Shown: one piece after another, positions 28,276-38,345 of the stretch
Position numbering within the stretch: the first letter of the stretch is position 1
Layout: the number at the start of each line of letters is the position of its first letter
Source of the DNA: Candidatus Poseidoniales archaeon
GTDB lineage: Archaea > Thermoplasmatota > Poseidoniia > Poseidoniales > Poseidoniaceae
NCBI GenBank assembly: GCA_003602605.1
Contig: QQRW01000037.1
Coordinates: 14,718 to 78,717, forward strand
Direction: 5' to 3'
Length of the DNA stretch: 64,000 bases
The notes under the pieces: model-generated
Told to the model about the DNA's origin: nothing
The model's database searches: none
What the model saw: only the letters and a program-made list of their open reading frames with translations
Position numbers and translations under genes: made by a program

Positions 28276-29121
28276 TCAAGCAAGCGTACCGTTTTGATAG
28301 TCGAGGAGTGCTTGATGGATTTCTTCTCGTGTATTCATCACAAACGGCCCATATCGTGCAATTGGCTCGTTCAATTCAGGACCAGCTAAAATCAAAAACT
28401 CTGCATCCTCTTCAATTGCTTCCAAAACGACCTCATCGCCATCGTTCATGAGTCCCAATTGCCCATCATGAATAGGTTTCCCACCAAGATGGAGTGTCCC
28501 ACCAAAGACGTAGACCATTCCATTGAGACCGGATTCAATCGATTGCTTGTGAACGCCACCCTTTTGAATTTTCATATGAATATAGGTGATCGGTATCACA
28601 GTATCGATTACGGCATTAACACCCAGAGTAGACCCTGCGATGACGTTCGCCCAAACTTTACCATCCTCGGAGGTGACTTTCGGGATTTTGGAGGAATCGA
28701 TGTCCTGGTATCGGGGTTCCATCATTTTGTCTTTAGCCGGGAGGTTTACCCAGATTTGGAATCCGTGGGAGACTCCACCGGTTTTCAAGAACTCCTCTTG
28801 AGGAAGTTCTGAATGTATGATACCTCTCCCTGCAGTCATCCATTGTACGTCTCCTGGATTCAAGTCGCCTTTGTTGCCGGCACTGTCTTCGTGTTGCATT
28901 GCTCCTTGAATCATGTAGGTCACTGTTTCAAATCCTCGGTGCGGATGAGCTGGCGCCCCAATCGCTTGTCCAGGGTCCCAATGGACAGGACCCATTTCGT
29001 CGAGAAGCAAAAATGGGCTCATCAGGGTACCCATAGCGGAAGGCCGGCGTACTGGAAAACCTCCTCCTTCGAGTACTGTGTGAGTTGGAGCCGTCATTTT
29101 CAAAGTTCGTTCCTGCCTCAT
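28276..29121 (-). CDS. Pirin family protein
   Basis: PFLLLDE, HPHRGFETVTY, GDVQWMTAGRGIIHSE, FQIWVNLP, GPFVMNT. Start 29121 overlaps the upstream stop (ATGA). Confidence 0.95.
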   Translation of the reverse strand: MRQERTLKMTAPTHTVLEGGGFPVRRPSAMGTLMSPFLLLDEMGPVHWDPGQAIGAPAHPHRGFETVTYMIQGAMQHEDSAGNKGDLNPGDVQWMTAGRGIIHSELPQEEFLKTGGVSHGFQIWVNLPAKDKMMEPRYQDIDSSKIPKVTSEDGKVWANVIAGSTLGVNAVIDTVIPITYIHMKIQKGGVHKQSIESGLNGMVYVFGGTLHLGGKPIHDGQLGLMNDGDEVVLEAIEEDAEFLILAGPELNEPIARYGPFVMNTREEIHQALLDYQNGTLA

Positions 29122-29615
29122 TGTACCACCTGCTGAATGAGAATATCGATCGAAGATTGATTGAATGGTTTCGACTTGTTGATGATGACAGGTCGACCAA
29201 TGACATTTGATCCGAGGTAAGAAAATTGCATTCGCATGCTCATAACAGCATGTTGGCCACCGCCCCCACTCACGGATGCAAGACCAATTTTCTTTTGATT
29301 GAAGAGTAACCGGAAATCTTTTGATTGCACCGACATCCATGCAATGATGTTGTTGAGCACTGGTGGGATTAAGCCATTGTATTCCGGTGCGCAGACAATC
29401 AATGCCTCGCTTTCAAGAAAAAGTTCCACTACCCCTTCGATTAGAGAAGGGTCAGTCAATTCTTTCTCAGCTTGTGGAGTATACATTGGGGCGTTGAGAG
29501 AGCACAGGTCTAGAACTGTACCTTTGTGACCTAAATCCTCGAGTGACTGCTTGAACGATTCCGCAAGTTGGAGATTTTTTCCAGTTGATGCTGAGAGAAT
29601 AAGAACACTTGACAT
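29118..29615 (-). CDS. NADPH-dependent FMN reductase (flavodoxin fold)
   Basis: APEYNGLIPPVLNN, SGGGG. Confidence 0.9.
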   Translation of the reverse strand: MSSVLILSASTGKNLQLAESFKQSLEDLGHKGTVLDLCSLNAPMYTPQAEKELTDPSLIEGVVELFLESEALIVCAPEYNGLIPPVLNNIIAWMSVQSKDFRLLFNQKKIGLASVSGGGGQHAVMSMRMQFSYLGSNVIGRPVIINKSKPFNQSSIDILIQQVVQ

Positions 29616-29666
29616 GCACCGATGAGGAAGGCATCACATTTCAACCTATGAGTATCTCCATAGAGA

Positions 29667-32600
29667 CTACCATTTCATCCGATACGCTATGTAAAGCACA
29701 CCAATGACTGTTGGAATAATTGCCAAAGCAAGAATTGTCATCAACAATTGTTTGACCTCGGTCTCAGATTGTGCATCAACTGTGTTGACTTTGTCTTCTT
29801 CTTCTTCATTCGAACAATTTTGCAGCAATGGGTTGCATATGGAACCATCATCTGTATCGGCGTCATCATCCTCAACAGGAATGTAGTCTGTATCTTCGTA
29901 ACCATCTCGGCAACCGTCGGCATCTGAGTCTGTATTTGGAGCAGAAGTCCAATGTTTCTCACCGAGCGGACAAGTGTCGAGAAGATCACTCACACCGTCA
30001 TCATCATCATCAAGGTCTTCGCCGGAATCAAGACAACCATCTTGGTCGTAATCATTCACTTCATCCGAAATCCAATCGAGAAGGCCACGATTACAATCAT
30101 CAGCGCCGTCAAGAAGGCCATCGTTATCATCGTCAGGGTCTTCGCTTGACTCATCTCTGCAGCCATCTCCGTCATAATCAGTTGATGGGGAAGTCAGCCA
30201 ATCCAGTTCACCGGTTGAACACAAGTCATCAATGTCTTTCACGCCATCGTTGTCATCGTCTTCGTCTTCGGAAGAATCGCGGCAGCCGTCAGTATCGTGA
30301 TCTTCGGATTTCGTGGAAGACCATAAGAGCTCACCTGTCGAACATTCATCGTCTACATCCAAAACCCTATCGTTGTCATCATCGAGGTCCTCGGAGCTGT
30401 CTTGGCAGCCGTCAGCGTCATAATCAGTCGATGAACTCGAAGTCCAGCCTGTTGCCCCTACGGCACACGAATCTTCAGCGTCCACAATTCCATCACCATC
30501 AGAATCGTTGTCTTCGGATGTGAAATCTTTACAACCGTTTTCATCGAGATCTTGCAGTGGATTGGTAGAATCCCAATTCGATTCTCCGAGAGGACAGTCA
30601 TCAGCGGTGTCGATTCGGTTATCGTTATCGTCGTCATCATCTTCTGTAGAATCACGGCAACCATCGCCATCGTAGTCCGTTAGCACGCTGGAAAACCAAC
30701 TTAATTCGCCAACAGGACAAGTGTCTTGCCAATCGCTAATCTTATCGTTGTCGTCATCACTGTCCTCGTTTGAATCCTGACAGCCATCGGAATCATAATC
30801 GTTTGATGGAAGTGATGTCCAGTTACGAGTTCCACGGTTGCAGATATCTTGAACATCCAGCACTCCATCATTATCGTCATCCTTATCTTCAGTCCCGTCA
30901 TAGCACCCATCAAAATCATAGTCGATGTTTTCAGATGGCGCGCTCCACCCCATGCGCCCAGTGGAGCAGTTATCGACATCGTCGAGTACGTTGTCGTTGT
31001 CGTCATCATCATCTTCCGTAGAGTCTCGGCAACCATCGCTGTCGTAATCTTCTGAGCCAGAGGATGTCCACCCAAGTTCTCCAGTCTGGCATAAATCGGC
31101 AAAGTCAATCACTCCGTCGTTATCATCGTCCAAATCCTCGGACACATCGAGGCAACCATCGCTGTCGTAATCTGTTAGGTTGGAGGGAATCCAGCCAGAC
31201 TCTCCACTTGGGCAATTATCCTCAAGATCTTCAATACCATCGTTATCATCATCGGAATCTTCGTTCAAATCTCTGCAACCGTCACCGTCGTTATCTGTTA
31301 ATGGTCCTGAAATCCAACCGAGGTCGCCTTTTTGGCAATCATCATCCACGTCTAAAACACCATCATTGTCGTCGTCCAAATCTTCCTCGAGACTAAAGAA
31401 TCCATTGTTGTAGAAATCGTCCATGCAACCATCCCCATCATGGTCGCCAAAGTTTGCCGATGACCAGTTCCAGTGATGGTCGTACTTCGGACATGAATCA
31501 GAACCGTCATGGACACCGTCGTTATCATCATCAAAGTCCTCGCCAACATCCCGGCAGCCGTCACCGTCCCAGTCAGTTATCAAAGATTGATCCCCGGTTG
31601 AAGTGAACCTCGAAATCCAACCCACATCGCCAGTAGGACATGCATCAAGACTGTCGGGTAAGCCGTCGTTGTCATCGTCATTGTCTTCCGAAAAATCGTT
31701 GCAGCCATCTGCATCCCAATCGGTTGTGGAATTTGAGGTCCAACCTAAGTCTGCAGGCCAACATTGATCGTCATCATCCAAAATGAGGTCATTGTCGTCA
31801 TCAGGGTCTTCGGTTATGTCACGACATCCATCGGAATCATAATCGGTCGTTGCGTTTGAAATCCAACCAAGTTCGCCGAGTCTACAGTCGTCACTCACGT
31901 CTGCTTTTGTGTCGTTATCGTCATCAAGGTCTTCACCTGCATCACGGCAACCATCGGCGTCATGATCTGTTGCGGGGCCTGAAATCCAACCAAGGTCGCC
32001 TCTTTGGCAGACGACATCGTTCGTATCAAGGATCCCGTCGTTGTCATCATCGAGATCTTCAGAAATGTCCCGGCAACCATCGGAATCGTAGTCTGATACA
32101 AGAGTCGGATTCCAGCCCATCTCCCCAGTCTGACAAAGATCATTGACATCCGGGACACCATCGTTATCATCGTCGAGGTCTTCTACGAAATCATGGCAAC
32201 CATCACCATCATAATCCGAAGTAGAGTTTGAAATCCAATTAGGGAGGCCGAGATGGCAGCTGTCATCAACATCAGGCACTGTGTCGTTATCATCATCAAG
32301 GTCCTCCGAAGTAGAATCTTGACAGCCATCGTCGTCGTAGTCTGTGAAGATCGTTGAAATCCAACCTGTGTCACCCTGTGCGCAACTGTCAAGCGGGTCG
32401 TCAATGCCGTCATTATCGTCATCGTCATCACAGACATCACCTTCAGAGTCACCATCATAGTTGGCCTGGTCCGCATTCGGAGTAAATTGACAATTATCAA
32501 CGCCATCTGCAACCCCATCGTTATCATCGTCAGGATCGTTCACACCATCTTCACAACCATCGCCATCATTATCGGTCGTAGGATTAGAAATCCAGCCTAC

Positions 32601-35600
32601 CGTGCTTGTTAGGCAACTGTCAGCTGAATCTGCGACGGTATCTCCATCATCGTCGTTATCTTCTCCGGCATCACGGCAACCGTCGCCATCATAGTCGGTC
32701 GTCGGTGATGAAATCCATCCTAAATCGCCAGTTCGGCAGAAATCTGGTGCACTGTCGGCAAGACCGTCGTTATCATCGTCGAGGTCCTCTCCTACTCCCG
32801 GAGAAGGCAGGCTATCTTGGCAACCATCACCATCGTGGTCGGTGAAACCGTTCGATATCCAGCCAGTCTGGCCCGGCGTACAATCGTCTGATGTGTCAGA
32901 AATTCCATCTCCGTCGTCATCACTGTCTTCATCCGCATCTCTGCAACCGTCAGCATCGATGTCGTTCGCCAACGTGGATGTCCAGCCAACAACGCCACGG
33001 ATACAATTATCCGGTGCATCATCATTGATGCCGTCGTTATCGTCATCGTCATCGCAAGCATCGCCTTCTGAATCTGAATCGTGATTTTCTTGACCAGTAT
33101 TCACTGTAAGTTGGCAATTGTCCGAGGTATCGGTTATTCCGTCGTTATCATCATCGATGTCTTCAGTTGAATCACGACAGCCATCGCCATCAAAGTCTGT
33201 TGTGCTGTCGGAAATCCAACCGAGATTACCTGTATCGCAGGTATCACTTGAATCGACAACACCGTCGTTATCATCGTCAATATCCTCGTCAGCATCACGG
33301 CAACCGTCAGAATCGTAATCATTCACTGATGTGGGTGTCCAACCAATAATCCCCGTTTGGCATTGGTCAGGGGCTAAATCGGGAATTCCGTCGTTATCAT
33401 CGTCAAGGTCTTCGGTAGAATCGTCCTTGCAACCATCAGAATCATGGTCGGTTGTGGAGGATGAAATCCATCCTGTCTCCATGAAATTACAATCGTCAGA
33501 TGCATCGTTGATACCATCGTTATCGGTATCCGAATCTTCGGTCGAGTCTCGGCAACCATCGCCATCATAATCGTTTGATGGAGTTGAAATCCAGCCCAAA
33601 TCGCCTTTATCACATACATCCGGATGGTTGTCGTTAACGCCGTCATTGTCGTCATCAAGGTCTTCACCCGAATCCTGACAGCCGTCAGAGTCGTAATCGG
33701 TTGATGGAGATGGAGACCAACCCACATCTCCTGTCTGACAATCGTCAAGACCGTCCATGATTCCATCGTTGTCATCATCTGGGTCTTCGGTTGAACTGTC
33801 CTGACAGCCGTCTCCATCGTTGTCTGTTAAACTGGTTGAAGTCCAACCGAGGTTACCGAACTGACACAGATCGGGTTCTAAATCCTCGACTCCATCGTTG
33901 TCGTCGTCAAGATCTTCAGTCGCATCACGGCAACCGTCCGAGTCATAGTCGGTAGAGGGTGACGGTGTCCATGCGCTTTCGCCAAACTGACAGTCATCAA
34001 GACTATCTGCGACTCCATCGTTATCATCGTCCAAATCTTCAGAGGAATCATCCTTACAGCCATCGTTATCTGAATCCGTGGCAGGAGTCGAGGTCCAACC
34101 TGTTATACCAAATTGGCATGCATCAGGATGCAAATCAGTTACTGAATCGTTATCATCGTCCAGGTCTTCAAGGGAATCTTGACAGCCATCATTATCGTGG
34201 TCTGTGCTGGTACTGGAAGTCCAATTAAGGTCTCCAGTTTGGCAATCATCAAAAGCATCAGCTACGCCATCGTTGTCATCGTCGAGGTCAAAAGTAGTAT
34301 CGTCTTTACATCCGTCTGAATCATAGTCATTGTTTGCATTCGGAGTCCAGCCAATTGTGCCAGTAGGGCACAAATCGTTTCCATCGTTAATTCCATCGTT
34401 GTCATCATCGAGGTCTTCGGCCGATACGTCCTTGCAACCGTCGCTGTCATAGTCTGTAGAGGAAGAAGATGACCAGCCAGTGATGCCTTGCGGGCATGAG
34501 TCAAGGTCATCAGAGACTCCGTCGTTGTCCGAATCAAAATCTTCGGTTGCGTCCCGACAACCGTCCTGGTCGTTGTCGTTAATGATGGTAGAAGTCCATC
34601 CTAAATCACCTGTGGCACAGGCGTCATTGGAATCGATAATGCCGTCGTTGTCATCATCGTTGTCTTCAACATCGTCTTTACAGCCATCAGAATCGTAGTC
34701 TGTCAGTGTAGTGGGCGTCCAACCGATCACGCCAAACTGGCATGTATCTGTGGCATCGAGGACCGAATCGTTGTCGTCATCGGTATCTTCCGAAGATGCA
34801 TCTCTACAACCGTCAGAATCATGGTCGGTTGTTGAAGAGGAGGTCCAACCCATATCCCCATTCTGACACGAGTCGATAGAATCAACAACACCGTCGTTGT
34901 CATCATCAGGGTCCTCATCTGAATCTCTACAACCATCTCCATCACGGTCAGTTGCTGATGAAGAAGTCCAACCTAGAGCACCTGTTTGACACAAATCTGG
35001 TACATCTGAAACTCCATCGTTGTCATCGTCAGGATCTTCGAGAGAATCTTGACACCCGTCGGAGTCATGGTCTGTCGAGGCGCCAGAAGTCCACCCAAGG
35101 TCGCCTTGAGGGCAGGCATCTGATCCGTCGAGAACGAGGTCATTATCTCGGTCTGAGTCTTCAGTCGAATCCTTACAACCGTCGCTGTCGTAATCGTTAC
35201 TGGAACTAGAAATCCAGCCTAAGTCGCCGGTTTTGCAGAAATCAGATACATCGTTGACTCCGTCATTGTCATCATCCAAATCTTCGTCTGAATCACGACA
35301 TCCATCGGAATCATAATCGGTGACTGAGGTTGGAGACCAACCAATAATTCCTATTTGACAGGTATCAAGAGCGTCACTGATACCGTCGTTGTCATCGTCG
35401 GTGTCTTCGGTTGATGCATCTTGACAACCATCAGTATCATGGTCTGTGCTGGAACTCGAAAGCCAGCCAGTGTTACCATTTTCACAATCATCATTAACAT
35501 CGAGAATGCCATCATTATCAGTGTCAAAGTCTTCTGTTGAATCGCGGCAACCGTCTCCATCAAAGTCAGTAGATGGCGAAGAAGTCCAACCCAGATCACC

Positions 35601-36854
35601 CGTTTGACAAAGGTCAGGCGCCAAGTCGGCTACTCCATCGTTATCATCATCGAGGTCTTCTAGAGAATCTTGACAACCATCAGAATCATAATCGGTTGAA
35701 ATAGCTGAGGAAGTCCAACCAAGATCGCCAGTTGAACAATCATCAAGTGTATCCGAAACGCCGTCGTTATCATCATCCGTGTCTTCGCTTGAAGCATCCT
35801 GGCAGCCGTCTGAATCGTGGTCAGTAAGGGAAGTTGAGGTCCAGCCAAGATTACCTAAATGGCAGTCATCCGAGGTATCAAGGATGAGATCATTATCGTC
35901 ATCAAAATCTTCAGTAGAATCTTGGCAGCCGTCTGAATCATAATCCGTGGATGAGTCTGGAGTCCATCCCATGTTGCCATCTCGGCAAGAATCGGCAGAA
36001 TCGGTAATGCCATCGTTATCGTCATCGGTATCTTCGCTTGAGGCATCTTGACAACCATCTGAATCATGGTCGGTAGATGAGGAAGAGGTCCATCCAGTGT
36101 TGCCCGTTGGACAGTCATCATCATTATCCTCTATTCCGTCACCATCATCATCATCGTCTTCTGTTGAATCTCGACATCCATCGCTATCGACGTCATTAAC
36201 CGCAGATGAAGTCCAACCTAAATCCCCAAATTGACATGAATCTGTGACATCAGGGATTGAATCGTTATCGTCGTCCAAATCTTCGGAAATATCTTGGCAA
36301 CCGTCCGAGTCATGGTCGTTGAGACTTGTTGAAGTCCAGCCCTTATCGCCCAATTGACATTCATCCAGTGTATCAATGACACCATCGTTGTCATCGTCAT
36401 CGTCTTCGGCTGAATCGAGGCATCCATCCGAATCGTAATCATTGATCGCCGTAGGAGTCCACCCTATTTCTCCGGTGGGACAATCGTCAAAGTTATCAGC
36501 AATTGTGTCGTTGTCGTCATCGGTATCTTCGTTCGAATCCTGACAGCCATCGGAGTCATGATCGGTGGACGAATTGGATGTCCATCCAGTGTTACCATTT
36601 TCACATTCATCATCTGGATCGAGTATTCCATCTGAGTCGGAATCTATCGAACGTGAAGATGAATACAGTGCTGAAAATTCACTGTTGCTCTCAAGTTCCA
36701 AGAACATAAGTTGAGAAGTAGATACTGAAGCGAAAAAAAACATCAACAGCGCCGCAAACGCGCCGAATCTGCTCATACGCTCCGCTAGCATGGATTGGTG
36801 TACACCTCCGGACTTTTTATCCTTCCGTCCAAAATCTTCCAAATCGAAGCCCAT
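29667..36854 (-). CDS. Giant Asp/Cys-rich thrombospondin type 3-like repeat membrane protein (2395 aa)
   Basis: Roughly 55-60 tandem ~38-39-aa units D(H/Y)DxDGCxDxxEDxDDDNDGxxDxxDxCxxGxxGW; hydrophobic segments near both termini. Start could lie ~20 codons downstream. Confidence 0.9.
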   Translation of the reverse strand: MGFDLEDFGRKDKKSGGVHQSMLAERMSRFGAFAALLMFFFASVSTSQLMFLELESNSEFSALYSSSRSIDSDSDGILDPDDECENGNTGWTSNSSTDHDSDGCQDSNEDTDDDNDTIADNFDDCPTGEIGWTPTAINDYDSDGCLDSAEDDDDDNDGVIDTLDECQLGDKGWTSTSLNDHDSDGCQDISEDLDDDNDSIPDVTDSCQFGDLGWTSSAVNDVDSDGCRDSTEDDDDDGDGIEDNDDDCPTGNTGWTSSSSTDHDSDGCQDASSEDTDDDNDGITDSADSCRDGNMGWTPDSSTDYDSDGCQDSTEDFDDDNDLILDTSDDCHLGNLGWTSTSLTDHDSDGCQDASSEDTDDDNDGVSDTLDDCSTGDLGWTSSAISTDYDSDGCQDSLEDLDDDNDGVADLAPDLCQTGDLGWTSSPSTDFDGDGCRDSTEDFDTDNDGILDVNDDCENGNTGWLSSSSTDHDTDGCQDASTEDTDDDNDGISDALDTCQIGIIGWSPTSVTDYDSDGCRDSDEDLDDDNDGVNDVSDFCKTGDLGWISSSSNDYDSDGCKDSTEDSDRDNDLVLDGSDACPQGDLGWTSGASTDHDSDGCQDSLEDPDDDNDGVSDVPDLCQTGALGWTSSSATDRDGDGCRDSDEDPDDDNDGVVDSIDSCQNGDMGWTSSSTTDHDSDGCRDASSEDTDDDNDSVLDATDTCQFGVIGWTPTTLTDYDSDGCKDDVEDNDDDNDGIIDSNDACATGDLGWTSTIINDNDQDGCRDATEDFDSDNDGVSDDLDSCPQGITGWSSSSSTDYDSDGCKDVSAEDLDDDNDGINDGNDLCPTGTIGWTPNANNDYDSDGCKDDTTFDLDDDNDGVADAFDDCQTGDLNWTSSTSTDHDNDGCQDSLEDLDDDNDSVTDLHPDACQFGITGWTSTPATDSDNDGCKDDSSEDLDDDNDGVADSLDDCQFGESAWTPSPSTDYDSDGCRDATEDLDDDNDGVEDLEPDLCQFGNLGWTSTSLTDNDGDGCQDSSTEDPDDDNDGIMDGLDDCQTGDVGWSPSPSTDYDSDGCQDSGEDLDDDNDGVNDNHPDVCDKGDLGWISTPSNDYDGDGCRDSTEDSDTDNDGINDASDDCNFMETGWISSSTTDHDSDGCKDDSTEDLDDDNDGIPDLAPDQCQTGIIGWTPTSVNDYDSDGCRDADEDIDDDNDGVVDSSDTCDTGNLGWISDSTTDFDGDGCRDSTEDIDDDNDGITDTSDNCQLTVNTGQENHDSDSEGDACDDDDDNDGINDDAPDNCIRGVVGWTSTLANDIDADGCRDADEDSDDDGDGISDTSDDCTPGQTGWISNGFTDHDGDGCQDSLPSPGVGEDLDDDNDGLADSAPDFCRTGDLGWISSPTTDYDGDGCRDAGEDNDDDGDTVADSADSCLTSTVGWISNPTTDNDGDGCEDGVNDPDDDNDGVADGVDNCQFTPNADQANYDGDSEGDVCDDDDDNDGIDDPLDSCAQGDTGWISTIFTDYDDDGCQDSTSEDLDDDNDTVPDVDDSCHLGLPNWISNSTSDYDGDGCHDFVEDLDDDNDGVPDVNDLCQTGEMGWNPTLVSDYDSDGCRDISEDLDDDNDGILDTNDVVCQRGDLGWISGPATDHDADGCRDAGEDLDDDNDTKADVSDDCRLGELGWISNATTDYDSDGCRDITEDPDDDNDLILDDDDQCWPADLGWTSNSTTDWDADGCNDFSEDNDDDNDGLPDSLDACPTGDVGWISRFTSTGDQSLITDWDGDGCRDVGEDFDDDNDGVHDGSDSCPKYDHHWNWSSANFGDHDGDGCMDDFYNNGFFSLEEDLDDDNDGVLDVDDDCQKGDLGWISGPLTDNDGDGCRDLNEDSDDDNDGIEDLEDNCPSGESGWIPSNLTDYDSDGCLDVSEDLDDDNDGVIDFADLCQTGELGWTSSGSEDYDSDGCRDSTEDDDDDNDNVLDDVDNCSTGRMGWSAPSENIDYDFDGCYDGTEDKDDDNDGVLDVQDICNRGTRNWTSLPSNDYDSDGCQDSNEDSDDDNDKISDWQDTCPVGELSWFSSVLTDYDGDGCRDSTEDDDDDNDNRIDTADDCPLGESNWDSTNPLQDLDENGCKDFTSEDNDSDGDGIVDAEDSCAVGATGWTSSSSTDYDADGCQDSSEDLDDDNDRVLDVDDECSTGELLWSSTKSEDHDTDGCRDSSEDEDDDNDGVKDIDDLCSTGELDWLTSPSTDYDGDGCRDESSEDPDDDNDGLLDGADDCNRGLLDWISDEVNDYDQDGCLDSGEDLDDDDDGVSDLLDTCPLGEKHWTSAPNTDSDADGCRDGYEDTDYIPVEDDDADTDDGSICNPLLQNCSNEEEEDKVNTVDAQSETEVKQLLMTILALAIIPTVIGVLYIAYRMKW

Positions 36855-36950
36855 GCTTCGGTTTTGGACCTTTTATCAAATAATTCTATTGACAGATTGC
36901 CCAGTGTGAGCAGGGGGAAAGAAGATGGTGATGAATCACCTGGGAGTTAC

Positions 36951-37436
36951 ATGGCCAAACTGCGGTACTTCGGCCGTAATCATATTGTTTCACAGTTCGT
37001 AGGTACATTGGGGTGGGACATCGCTGAAGACGACGAAGAAGTGGATGTGATCATTGTCGACACATTTGACAACCAAAGCGCAGAACACCTCCAGCGACTC
37101 GAAGGAACCATCGCACTCATGAGGACTGCATTGGACTTAGTCGAAACAGGAAATGTAAAATCGTTCGTTGCTCTTACAGACCAGTCTGCAGAAAACGGTA
37201 GAACACGACCCAATGTACCGGCTGGCCAGGAACATGGGACAAGACCGAATGGCGTTCACGGATTTGGCACTCTCACCGTTGAAGTGTTAGGCCGTCTTGC
37301 TGCAAAGAATGGCGCCATCACTCGGATTGTGAAACACACTGGAACATCTGATGAAGAGGTATGTAACGCCGCTCAACATGCCATAAAAACACTGAACTCC
37401 AAGGAATTGTATCAGGTGTTACGGCTTGACATATAG
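36951..37436 (+). CDS. Hypothetical protein, truncated/degenerate extended-SDR-like
   Basis: GNVKSFVALT...PNGVHGFGTLTVEVLGRLAAKNGAITRIVK resembles the SDR core but lacks GxxGxxG and YxxxK. Confidence 0.55.
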   Translation: MAKLRYFGRNHIVSQFVGTLGWDIAEDDEEVDVIIVDTFDNQSAEHLQRLEGTIALMRTALDLVETGNVKSFVALTDQSAENGRTRPNVPAGQEHGTRPNGVHGFGTLTVEVLGRLAAKNGAITRIVKHTGTSDEEVCNAAQHAIKTLNSKELYQVLRLDI

Positions 37437-37466
37437 GTTCAAGTAGGTCGCTGCAGAGTTTACTCT

Positions 37467-37751
37467 ATGTCCGAAGAAATCCTCGTTGAACACGCAAATT
37501 CTCACGACACCGATTTTCTCATGTACACTGGCCGGTTTTGCGGTTACTGTTCCGCAGCCAAGCGATTACTCAACAGCAAGGAATTTACTTTCACTGAAAT
37601 CAGCTTTGACGAGCAACCCGATTTGAGAAACCCTGTTGTTGAAGCAACTGGACACCGAACTGTGCCAGTTATTCTCGACATCAGAGGTGAGCAACCCGTC
37701 TTCGTTGGTGGCTTTGACCAACTACAACCCTATCTTCGACAAAGCAGTTAA
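37467..37751 (+). CDS. Glutaredoxin
   Basis: CGYC, TVP, VGGFD. Confidence 0.9.
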   Translation: MSEEILVEHANSHDTDFLMYTGRFCGYCSAAKRLLNSKEFTFTEISFDEQPDLRNPVVEATGHRTVPVILDIRGEQPVFVGGFDQLQPYLRQSS

Positions 37752-38336
37752 CCACTCTTTCAACGAGTCGTGATGCTCCATCGGGATCATGTGTCCCTTC
37801 GGATGTTCAATCAGTTCCAATGCCCAACCTGCCGACTCAAAAACATGAGCTACAGCCCAACCATCCTGGATGGAAACTCTCAAATCTCTAATTCCATGCA
37901 TCCAAAAAAGATGCTTTGGCTCTAACTCTGCCAGACGAAGACGTAGTTCCATCTCACGAACCAGTCGTGTCCCCATAGCCACAACACCTACGATTCTATC
38001 AGCGAGTGGAAGCTGTAGCATCTCTTGGGCCATTGCGCCACCTTGTGAAAACCCCCCAACAACAAGCGGTCCAAGTGGCGCTTGCTCAGAAATAAGTTGT
38101 TCGAGTTGCGAAAGAGAAGAGTCGACATCGATGAGTTCCCTTCGTGAAAGCGTCATTCGACGAGTAGCATCAGCATCTTCATCCTCGTATCTCCACCATG
38201 TACGTCCACGTCGAGGATGCGCATAGCGAGCCTCAGGCACGATGAGCGTCCATCCCTCAGGTAATATCTTTTCAGCAAAAGGACGCATCATACTGGCATC
38301 GCCAGTCATGCCATGCATCATGATGAGAGTAGGCAA
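37722..38336 (-). CDS. Alpha/beta hydrolase, phospholipase/carboxylesterase family
   Basis: HG, GFSQG nucleophile elbow, HGxxD, GH. TTG start with GAGGGA RBS. Confidence 0.85.
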   Translation of the reverse strand: MPTLIMMHGMTGDASMMRPFAEKILPEGWTLIVPEARYAHPRRGRTWWRYEDEDADATRRMTLSRRELIDVDSSLSQLEQLISEQAPLGPLVVGGFSQGGAMAQEMLQLPLADRIVGVVAMGTRLVREMELRLRLAELEPKHLFWMHGIRDLRVSIQDGWAVAHVFESAGWALELIEHPKGHMIPMEHHDSLKEWLTALSKIGL

Positions 38337-38345
38337 AGAAATCCC

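Noticed and set aside
29122..29340. N-terminal extension of pirin
   Set aside because: Lies inside the FMN reductase gene; the ATGA-coupled start at 29121 is more plausible.
29800..36650. ~115-bp periodic DNA as a CRISPR array, satellite or DGR
   Set aside because: Periodicity is explained by protein repeats with synonymous divergence; no reverse transcriptase or adenine-specific TR/VR pair seen.
36733..36740. T8 run in the TSP3 gene as a phase-variation tract
   Set aside because: Encodes Phe-Phe-Phe in a TM helix, the frame is intact, and the run is short.
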